The translations under genes and the position numbers were made by a program. From Takakia lepidozioides (lineage: Eukaryota > Plantae > Bryophyta), in the NCBI GenBank assembly GCA_030704615.1, contig CM060734.1, positions 30,442,001 to 30,506,000 on the forward strand: a stretch of DNA of 64,000 nucleotides. The letters run 5' to 3'. Below the pieces are notes generated by a model that worked only from the letters and a program-made list of their open reading frames with translations, was not told where the DNA came from and searched no databases. The first letter of the stretch is position 1. The number at the start of each line of letters is the position of its first letter. Shown in pieces: positions 53,813-61,886 of this stretch.

Positions 53813-54617
53813 TTGATCTCTTTCAATTGTTAAAAAAATTTGTTGAAGAAAAATGCCTTGCCGGCTTTTTTGCGGTGGAACGCGGCGGTACCATGTCCCA
53901 CTTGCATTTTCAGATGGTCATTAGGATTGTAACTACGAGCATCATCCAAGTGAACAAATTTATAAAAGCTTACCTAGGATGGGATCTTTGCCCACCGCCG
54001 GGGCACACTGTTATGTGCAAAAAATTACGGCAGGTCCGCCTGCATACGTGGAAAGGTATGTTGGGCTACTATCTAAAGGATCTTGGTCACATTTCAAATT
54101 CTTCGGTCACAACGTTACAGCCCAAGACATGGAAGAGGGCAAAGAAATGTACGCATTATTCGGTAGCGCGAAGCTAACACCCTTTAATGTTTTTGAGAGG
54201 GCTCATCTATCACCTTCTCTAGCGTTCCGGAAAGCAGCAAACAGGTACATTCTTAGGTTGCTTGTTGGCAATGTTGAAATCAAATAAATTCTACGCATCG
54301 GGTATGTTTCTGCGGAATGGTATGAACTTGCGCAGGTGCGAGGCTCTATTGCGCACGATGCTAATGCCGATGGAAACCGAGATTGACGGTGGATCTGAAC
54401 GTGGCGTACACTGACCGCTTCAAATAGTCGGTTGAGAATCAGGATGTGTACATTCCAATGCACTATGGACTTGTAAATCCAGATGTCTATATTGATGGAC
54501 GTCTGTCTTTGAATTTTATACGCAAAATTAACTTGCTACCAGATTTGATTTCGTTCTAAACTCTGCTCCGCAACCCATCCGACAATTTTCTCAAGATCAA
54601 CAAGAGAATACCCAAAT
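53813..54617 (+). mobile_element. Replitron copy 2, 5'-truncated, inverted relative to copy 1
   Basis: Closely matches the reverse complement of 50924-51906. ERGGTMSHLHFQ and GMLGYYLKD in ORF 53827-54177; frameshifts and internal deletions. Confidence 0.8.
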
Positions 54618-54823
54618 GAACTCATAGTCTGAATTTGAATTTGAATTTGAACGAGTCTGAATTTCTGGTCTATAACTAATTTGATGTTATGATTTATATG
54701 GAAGATAATAGGAATAATGTAATAACTTATTGCACACGTGCAACCTCTGACAGGATGGTACGCCGGTTTCCGGCATGTCAAATCTTCCCCGCCCTCTCTT
54801 GAGAGTGACATGGAACTGAAGGA

Positions 54824-54968
54824 GTGTCAACTCCACTTGGGGTTACACAATGAGGTGTGTAACTCCACTCGGGGTTACACAATGAGGTGTGTAACTCCAC
54901 TCGGGGTTACACGACGAGGTGTGTAACTCCACTCGGGGTTACACAGAATGGAGTGTAACTCCACTCGG
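54824..54968. repeat. Array of five palindromic 24-bp units (GTGTAACTCCACTCGGGGTTACAC), 32-bp period
   Basis: Units at 54824, 54857, 54889, 54921 and 54953 (last one partial), joined by 8-bp linkers. Confidence 0.9.
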
Positions 54969-55328
54969 CATAACCCACACTTGGTCTCGAAATTTGACTA
55001 AGTCCAAATGTGGCTAAGTATACAATGGACCAACTAGAGTTACATGAGAAATCGGGGTTATAGAGGGTTACATCAACCGAGGTTACATTGCTAGAGGCTC
55101 CCACCAAGAATTGAACCCAACCCTCGCCATTTCCTATCACCTTACCATCACGCTACCCACCACAGCTTGCAACCCTTTTGGATTCTTAAGTACTTAATAG
55201 CGAAACCGAGGTAATAGGGGGTGGGGATGATTTGACAGGGGCCCCGCCGGAGGAGCCCCGGTTGCCGGAATCTGGCGAAAGTACTGTCAGATCACACGCG
55301 TCCATTAAGTTCTTACATTATTCCTATA

Positions 55329-55478
55329 GTGTACGCCACGTTCAGATCCAGCGGCTCTCATGTAAAGGGCTGGTCGTCAAAATAGCGTGGACCTCGTTTG
55401 TAATCGTCGTGGAAGAAAATCTCCTTCACATCGTCAATCTCGGTTTCCATCGGCATTAGCATCGTGCACCATAGAGCC
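55329..55478 (-). mobile_element. Replitron fragment (copy 3), cut by the end of gypsy element B
   Basis: Matches 51130-51354 without the copy-1 insert; encodes ALWCTMLMPMETEIDDVKEIFFHDDYKRGPRYF. Confidence 0.75.
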
Positions 55479-56184
55479 TGTCGTGCGCATACATATCGCT
55501 ACACAACTACATCGCTGTCCAAAACCACACAACACATGTGCACACCATACACTAGTATACCACTAGTCTACCACTAGTCCAACCACTAGTCCAACCACTA
55601 GGCTACAACTAGTCAGTCACTAGGCTGCCACTACGCTGCCCACTATGGCAGTCACTAGTCCACACAATGATAAAGAAGAAGAATACAAGCACAAGCTCAT
55701 GCGAGCTCACAAAGCTGAAGCATAAACTCATGCATATATAACCTCATCACTCAAATACAAGTCAAGCCAAGTGCACCCCACGCCATGGGGAATCCACACT
55801 ACGGCGCCATAGCTAGGCGCGGTGAGGCTCAACTCGAGAAAGATGAGCCTCCCGCGTTTGCCGTGAAGATAACCACTCCAGGGCCTAAATCTGCCTTGAC
55901 CCCTGGATTGACACTTGGGCCAATCCCAAATGTCAATATGTAAAAGCTAGCTATTTCCTAGCTAGTTTCACACTAGTGGTAAAATAACTTGACAGCTGTC
56001 GTGCGCATACATATCGCTACACAACTACATCGCTGTCCAAAACCACACAACACATGTGCACACCACACACTAGTATACCACTAGTCTACCACTAGTCCAA
56101 CCACTAGTCCAACCACTAGGCTACAACTAGTCAGTCACTAGGCTGCCACTACGCTGCCCACTATGGCAGTCACTAGTCCACACA
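55479..56184 (-). repeat. 3' terminal repeat region with A-B-A structure (A = 188 bp at 55479-55666 and 55997-56184)
   Basis: The two A units differ at one position that I could see. On the minus strand each starts TGTGTGG and ends CGACA; the inner one follows the purine tract GCTAGGGGGGCGAT. Confidence 0.88.
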
Positions 56185-56444
56185 ATCGCCCCCCTAGCTG
56201 GTGCTTAGGTCCCTCTAAGTCCAGGTAGCCACAAGATGTGATAGTGACCATAGCCTCACTAAGTCCTCCACCACTATCCCTACTACACTCAAACTCGATA
56301 GATCAAGAGGCCGGGTGCAAGAGTTGCCCCATCGTTAGTCGCCGTCTTGCAACCTGTGAACTTGAGCTTGGGATCTCATGTATTGACTCCTATGAGCTTG
56401 GCCTCCCATGTCTTGTTAGCTGCCTCCAGTCATGTCCACTGCCA

Positions 56445-59400
56445 CTATCCCAAGCAGTGTGGACACAACCAATCTCCGTCAGGAACCTTCTCAAGAGGTG
56501 GTGTCAAGCATCCCATATGCCAACCCCTTGAGCATCGATCACACACCAGCATGGTGGCTGCCCCTTTGGCAGACCCACAGAGCATGCACCTCAAACCTGC
56601 AGGTACCACTGCCAAGTTTGGGTCAACTCTGCCATCGACATTGGGAAGGTGACATGGCGCACAATTACGCACATGGTCTTTCCAAGTCATGCCATCCCGA
56701 CCCTCTAAGATCAGGACCCCTGAGGGCAACACCTCTCGAACCCTCAGAATAACACGCCCTGCAGTAACATCCAGAGTCGTAGGAGCAGTCTGCTGCAAAT
56801 AAACATAGTCACCAGGGCTAAACCTCCGAACCCCAGGACGATATCCTCCACCACGTATAGTGGCATACCTCAACGTATCACGGTGCTGTGCAATGGCAAG
56901 GTTCTCAAAAGCCATGGGCATGACTTTCTTGAACAACTCTGCACGCTGATCACATGCACGTACCCACACGTCCGGATCGTCAAGGTTAAGGACTTGAGCA
57001 GTGTCCCTACGAATGGCTGCAGGCAAATCCGGCTCTCGGCCAAAGAGAAGGAAATATGGTGAGAAGGAGGCAAGTGATGCTTGTTTGCTGAACCTGTAGC
57101 CCATGGCTAACCAAGGAACCTGAAGATCCCAATCTCCTAGGTGTCCCTTCTGCAAGCCATACTTGCGCAAACCCCTCTTCACCGTCTGAACAACTCTCTC
57201 TGCTAAGCCATCGGCCTCAGGATGATCCCGAGAAGTGGTGCGGTGGTCTATCAAGGCTTTATCACACAAAGCCTGAAACTCCCCCAAGAACTCTCTCCCT
57301 TGGTCCGTGAGTACCTCAGCTGGAGCACCAAATCGGCTAAGCACACGATCCAAGAATGCATACGCAGCCCCCTCACTAGCCTTGTCAGGCAATGGAACCA
57401 ACTCAATCCACTTGGAGAAGTGCTCCACCATCACCAACACATATCTGTGGTGGCGCATAGTCAGTGGCAACGGTCCTGCGAAGTCAAGACTCCACCTGTA
57501 GCCCAATCCCATGATTGGTAAAGGATGCAACTGTGGTGTAGGGGCGTTGAATGAAGCACGCACCCTGTCACACACCATGCACCTAGCCACAAACTGTTGC
57601 ACCTCTGTATGCATACCACGCCACCAATACTGCCCCTGCAGTAAACTGTGAGTGCGTCGCACTCCAAAATGCCCCAACTCCTCATGGGCATGCCGCACTA
57701 ACCGTGCACGCTGTGTGGGGTGAGGCACAATCCTCACCCGACCATCCTCCCACACTCGAAGTAGGTGTATCCCCTCCCACTTGAACCTCTTGGCTCGTTG
57801 CAGGATCCGATCCCTCTCCCTGGCAGTCACAATGGCTGCCGTGTCTCCCGTGCGGAGGTAGTCCAACACAGCCGAATCCTCATGTATATCTCTGGCACCA
57901 CCTAGCTCATCACTAGCCTCAGGGTCCTCAGACACTCCGTCTACAGTCATCCCTGTTGTAGGTCCAATCTGACCTCCCGATGCCAAGATACACAAAAATG
58001 CAGATGCGTGCCATCCCGGCACCATCTCCTCGTCCGTCTCACCATGCCACCGAGCTCCAGTGTCATCCTGCTGGCTCATGCATGGATTGCGACTCAATCC
58101 ATCCGCATCCCGATTGACCAAACCCGGTCGATGCACAACCTGAAAGTCATACTCCTGGAGTATAAGTGCCCACCGTGCAAGCTTCCCCGTAAGCTTGTCT
58201 GACTCCATCAACCACTTGAGTGGCTGGTGATCCGTGACAAGGGTGAAAAGATTGCCGTATAGATAGCACCTGAAGTGTGCCACGGCCCACACTGCAGCTA
58301 AGCACTCTCCCTCATATGAGCTGTACTTAGCCTCTGCAGCGTTGTTCGAGCGGCTAGCGTAAGCCACTACGAACTCTCTTCCCTCATCATCCACCTGTGT
58401 GAGCACCGCTCCAAGCCCCAGCATGCTCCAATCCGTATGCAGCTGAAAGGGACGCCCCCTGATAGGTCGTCTCAAGATAGGCGCCGAGGTCAACCTCGCC
58501 TTGAGCTCTTGAAAAGCTCGTTCCTGCTCATCTTCCCACTGCCACTCCTGGTCCACCTTGGTCAGCTTGGTTAGAGCCTTTGCAATGGTACTAAATCCCT
58601 TGACAAACCGTCTATAATAGTTTGCCAACCCCATGAAAGCTCGAACTCGGCTCACATCCGTGGGGCGTGGAATTTGTGCAATGGCCTCTACCTTAGTCTG
58701 CTGTACCCCCAATCCTCCAGGATATATCATGTGACCCAGATACTCAATCTGGTTGTGGAAAAACTTGCACTTCCCCGGATGCAACTTCAATCCGTGCGCT
58801 CTCAAGCGCTCCAATACCACCTGAAGGTGTCTCTCATGCTCCTCCATCGTAACACTAAAGATGATGATGTCATCTATGTAGCACCGAGCAAAGTCCACCC
58901 CTGCTAGAATCCTATCCATGACTCTCTGAAACTCTGCAGGAGCATTCTTAAGCCCAAATGGTAAGAACCGCCACTGATATAGGCAATCCTTGCCGTGCTC
59001 ATTGATCCCCCAGAATGCCGTCTTCTGCTTGTCCGCCTCCTTGATTGGCAACTGGTGATATCCGGATCGTAAATCCAAAGTGCTAAAGGCCTTAGCATGC
59101 CCGATGGCATCAAAGATCTCCTCTGGTGTTGGCATGGCATACTTATCGGACTTGGTCTGACGATTTACAGGCCGGTAATCACCGCACATACGTCTCTCCG
59201 TCCAATTGCCATAGACATCCTTCTTGGCTGGCATCACTGTGGCTGAAGCATACTCTCCACCAGAGAGCTCCACCAAACCTGCCTCCCAGAGATCTTGAGT
59301 CCTCATCTGAATCAAAGACCTCTCCATGTCACTGTATCTATAGGGTCTCCGAAAGATTGGCGTGTCAGTGGCCAACTCAATACGGATCTCTTGACCCTTC

Positions 59401-59579
59401 AGTGCTCCCAAGTCCTTCAAACTGAAGGCAAAGCAATTCCTGTAAGCCCTCAGGAACCGCCGTATACGTCGTCTCTCTCCTCCGGTGACAATGGGTCCAA
59501 TGTCAGGCTCCCAATTGTCCTCCGTAACTACAACCTTAAGTCCAGTGGGCTTAGAGGTAGAGGACGCGTCCCGTGGTTG
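56445..59579 (-). CDS. Pol: reverse transcriptase - RNase H - DDE integrase - PHD finger
   Basis: [38 protein letters not shown]; LHTDWS...YASR; HEELGHFG...CMVC; SLDFAGP, LTDQGREF, GLAERVVQT; CMLC...CDRC...WHMGC...CPHC. The frame is open back to the TAG at 59580-59582. Confidence 0.95.
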   Translation of the reverse strand, partial: QPRDASSTSKPTGLKVVVTEDNWEPDIGPIVTGGERRRIRRFLRAYRNCFAFSLKDLGALKGQEIRIELATDTPIFRRPYRYSDMERSLIQMRTQDLWEAGLVELSGGEYASATVMPAKKDVYGNWTERRMCGDYRPVNRQTKSDKYAMPTPEEIFDAIGHAKAFSTLDLRSGYHQLPIKEADKQKTAFWGINEHGKDCLYQWRFLPFGLKNAPAEFQRVMDRILAGVDFARCYIDDIIIFSVTMEEHERHLQVVLERLRAHGLKLHPGKCKFFHNQIEYLGHMIYPGGLGVQQTKVEAIAQIPRPTDVSRVRAFMGLANYYRRFVKGFSTIAKALTKLTKVDQEWQWEDEQERAFQELKARLTSAPILRRPIRGRPFQLHTDWSMLGLGAVLTQVDDEGREFVVAYASRSNNAAEAKYSSYEGECLAAVWAVAHFRCYLYGNLFTLVTDHQPLKWLMESDKLTGKLARWALILQEYDFQVVHRPGLVNRDADGLSRNPCMSQQDDTGARWHGETDEEMVPGWHASAFLCILASGGQIGPTTGMTVDGVSEDPEASDELGGARDIHEDSAVLDYLRTGDTAAIVTARERDRILQRAKRFKWEGIHLLRVWEDGRVRIVPHPTQRARLVRHAHEELGHFGVRRTHSLLQGQYWWRGMHTEVQQFVARCMVCDRVRASFNAPTPQLHPLPIMGLGYRWSLDFAGPLPLTMRHHRYVLVMVEHFSKWIELVPLPDKASEGAAYAFLDRVLSRFGAPAEVLTDQGREFLGEFQALCDKALIDHRTTSRDHPEADGLAERVVQTVKRGLRKYGLQKGHLGDWDLQVPWLAMGYRFSKQASLASFSPYFLLFGREPDLPAAIRRDTAQVLNLDDPDVWVRACDQRAELFKKVMPMAFENLAIAQHRDTLRYATIRGGGYRPGVRRFSPGDYVYLQQTAPTTLDVTAGRVILRVREVLPSGVLILEGRDGMTWKDHVRNCAPCHLPNVDGRVDPNLAVVPAGLRCMLCGSAKGAATMLVCDRCSRGWHMGCLTPPLEKVPDGDWLCPHCLG

Positions 59580-61886
59580 CTATGCTGCAACCTCTTGAGC
59601 AGTACTCCCTACCTGCTCAGTCAATGACAAGGCATCATCCTGCCCCATCATCTCATCCTTGAGGACCTCCTCAACTCGAGAAGAATCCCCAACCTCATCC
59701 ATCACAGCCGCCTTGGCTGCCAACTCCCTCTGAACCTCGAGCACCTCCCACGTGTGCCATGGATGCATGCACCCCGTGGTCCTCATATGCTCGCCCCCAC
59801 TCACTGCCTGTACCGTCTCGGTAGGCAGAGAGACCATTGAGGGAAGTGTATTCCGCACTCTGCGTTGCTCAGCTAGAGCCAAGCTGATAATCCAGGTCAA
59901 GCAATTGAGATCCATTGCTTGCCCCAACACTTGACGACGTGATGCCTCAGAAAGAGACGACACCGCCGTGGTACCAGTGGTAAAACCCATTGCCCGCTCA
60001 CGCTCGTCAGCATTAGGCTCCACTAACTGCTGCAACTGAGCATCCCACAGGAGGCCAGGTCCACTATCCCGGAAAGCATGCGATCCTGGGAAGCTGAGCA
60101 GTGTAGGTAATGCTGCTCGTGGTTGACCCACCTTGTTGACCACTGCCAAAGGCGAACGGTCATCGTGTCTCACACGTTGAGACTGCCTCCCTGTGTCCAG
60201 AATGTTATCCACTGTGAGATGTGCTGGCCGCTGCACCCCATCAAATGCACGCTTGAGCAGTGCGGGTGGCATCATGTTAGTCCACCATAGCCGTGGACGA
60301 TGAGCCCGTGACCCCACTGTAGCTGCATCTAGCAACACTGCTGACCCAAGCCACGACCGGACTTGATGCACACTGGCCATCACCCTGGCCCGAGAATCGC
60401 CCATCAGTGGCACATTCTCCAAGATGTATGCTGGAGATACAGCTTGATGAAGCTGCAAGTGGCGCAAAACCCGCACCATCTCCCAAAACAGACCCGACCT
60501 CGAGTCTCGCAATCCATTGCCATGCCCGGCTGATGAATGCCCTTGGCAGGGCCAACCTGCCACTACCAGATCAATGGAGCCAACCCGCTCCAAATCCTGC
60601 GCCCCCAGCAACGAAATGTCTGCTGGCAAGGCCTGCTGATATCCACGAATTGCAGACACCGACAACAACTCAGGGTACCGCTGCACCAACTGAGCAACAT
60701 GGCGAAGTGAAACGCGTCGTGCAGTCTCATCCCTCTCCACATACAGGTAACGCCGAACTCGTACACCTGCCTGTAACACAGCAGCCAATCCGGTGCTGAT
60801 CCCGCCAAACAAGTCCAGAAGACAAATGCCTTCATCCGGAGACTGCCACACAATAGGTGTGGTGTCCAATGGAGACAATTGAGGTGGTCCTGGTGCAATC
60901 CCCACACTCTCCTCCTCTCCTGACGGTACAAAAGCCTCCACCCAGGCTTGTTGCACCCGTCGATCAGCATCCCGCTGCAAATCCTTGCTCGTGCCCCACA
61001 ATGGAGTCTGAGCAACCATGGTAGGCAACTCCGCCATACCATACATGTCATCCTGCTCTCCCGGAGGTGGTACATCCTCTGAATGAGCATTGCCCTCAAG
61101 CAACTCTCTAGGCCAACTCACTGCCGCTGTGAATGCTGCTAGTGTCGGCATCTTGCCTCGCTGGGCAACCGCAACTCCTCCTATGAACGTCACAGGGAGC
61201 TGCACACGCCGGCCCTCCCCTGACTGCCATGCAGGCCTATAGGAAGCTGACTCCTCCCAAAAATCCAGGGTGAAGCCCATGGGGTACAACACTGCCCCAC
61301 CAACCAGGACATCGTATGAGACTGCGTCTGTCACAATGGCCTTGGCTCGCATCACTGAGCCATCTGTAGGGTGATCCGGCCGTAGTCTGATAGCCAACTC
61401 ATGCCGTGTCATGCCCCGAGCCTGCTCCGATCCTCCCAGAGACGTCTGTATCTGGAAAGGACAAGGCTCCATATCCGCCTCCGTGAGGCCCAAGCCTGCA
61501 ATAGCAGCTCTGCCCAGCATCAGTGGCTGAGCTCCCGAGTCCAACAAGACTCGCAGTGGCCGGTACCTCTTGCCTGCCGGTCCACTCAAACAGAAAATGC
61601 CATCCTGGTTGTCTAACATGACAACTCCAGGTGTCACCATGGCGCGCTCAATGGCTGGCCTAGCTGGCAGCTCCATCAACCTGGCAGCTGCAGCTTGCCA
61701 TGGCGCCGCCGTGGCAGTCTTGACCCTCAAATCCGAGGATCCCTCCGGCACTACACCTCCCACTATCTCCGCAGAAGATGAAGTAACCTCCCCACTCTCA
61801 CAGAGTGTAGCTGCCAGCCTGAACACCTCAGCTGGTCTTACCCCGGCGTCGCAATCATGGTAGCCGAGAACAATGGAGCCTGGCAC
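59580..61886 (-). CDS. Aspartic protease fused to a C5 cytosine DNA methyltransferase (DNMT3-like; domain about 59880-60827)
   Basis: VLLDSGAQ (protease); LLDLFGGISTG (I), YVERD (II), DLVVAGWPCQGHS (IV), LRDSRSGLFWE (V), YILENV (VI), LDAATV (VII), AHRPRLWWTN (VIII), ERERAMGF (IX), RRQVLGQAM (X). Confidence 0.93.
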   Translation of the reverse strand: MPGSIVLGYHDCDAGVRPAEVFRLAATLCESGEVTSSSAEIVGGVVPEGSSDLRVKTATAAPWQAAAARLMELPARPAIERAMVTPGVVMLDNQDGIFCLSGPAGKRYRPLRVLLDSGAQPLMLGRAAIAGLGLTEADMEPCPFQIQTSLGGSEQARGMTRHELAIRLRPDHPTDGSVMRAKAIVTDAVSYDVLVGGAVLYPMGFTLDFWEESASYRPAWQSGEGRRVQLPVTFIGGVAVAQRGKMPTLAAFTAAVSWPRELLEGNAHSEDVPPPGEQDDMYGMAELPTMVAQTPLWGTSKDLQRDADRRVQQAWVEAFVPSGEEESVGIAPGPPQLSPLDTTPIVWQSPDEGICLLDLFGGISTGLAAVLQAGVRVRRYLYVERDETARRVSLRHVAQLVQRYPELLSVSAIRGYQQALPADISLLGAQDLERVGSIDLVVAGWPCQGHSSAGHGNGLRDSRSGLFWEMVRVLRHLQLHQAVSPAYILENVPLMGDSRARVMASVHQVRSWLGSAVLLDAATVGSRAHRPRLWWTNMMPPALLKRAFDGVQRPAHLTVDNILDTGRQSQRVRHDDRSPLAVVNKVGQPRAALPTLLSFPGSHAFRDSGPGLLWDAQLQQLVEPNADERERAMGFTTGTTAVSSLSEASRRQVLGQAMDLNCLTWIISLALAEQRRVRNTLPSMVSLPTETVQAVSGGEHMRTTGCMHPWHTWEVLEVQRELAAKAAVMDEVGDSSRVEEVLKDEMMGQDDALSLTEQVGSTAQEVAA

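Noticed and set aside
50924-54617. Helitron or endogenous geminivirus-like Rep
   Set aside because: No PIF1 or SF3 helicase (no Walker A motif); the short ORF and its C-terminal motifs fit Replitrons.
54824-54968. CRISPR array
   Set aside because: Linkers are only 8 nt and partly identical, there are no cas genes, and the host is a eukaryote.
59880-60827. Host DRM/CMT/MET1 gene or bacterial restriction-modification contamination
   Set aside because: No introns and no BAH, chromo or UBA domains; motif order is not permuted; in frame with retroelement protease and RT; no nuclease partner.
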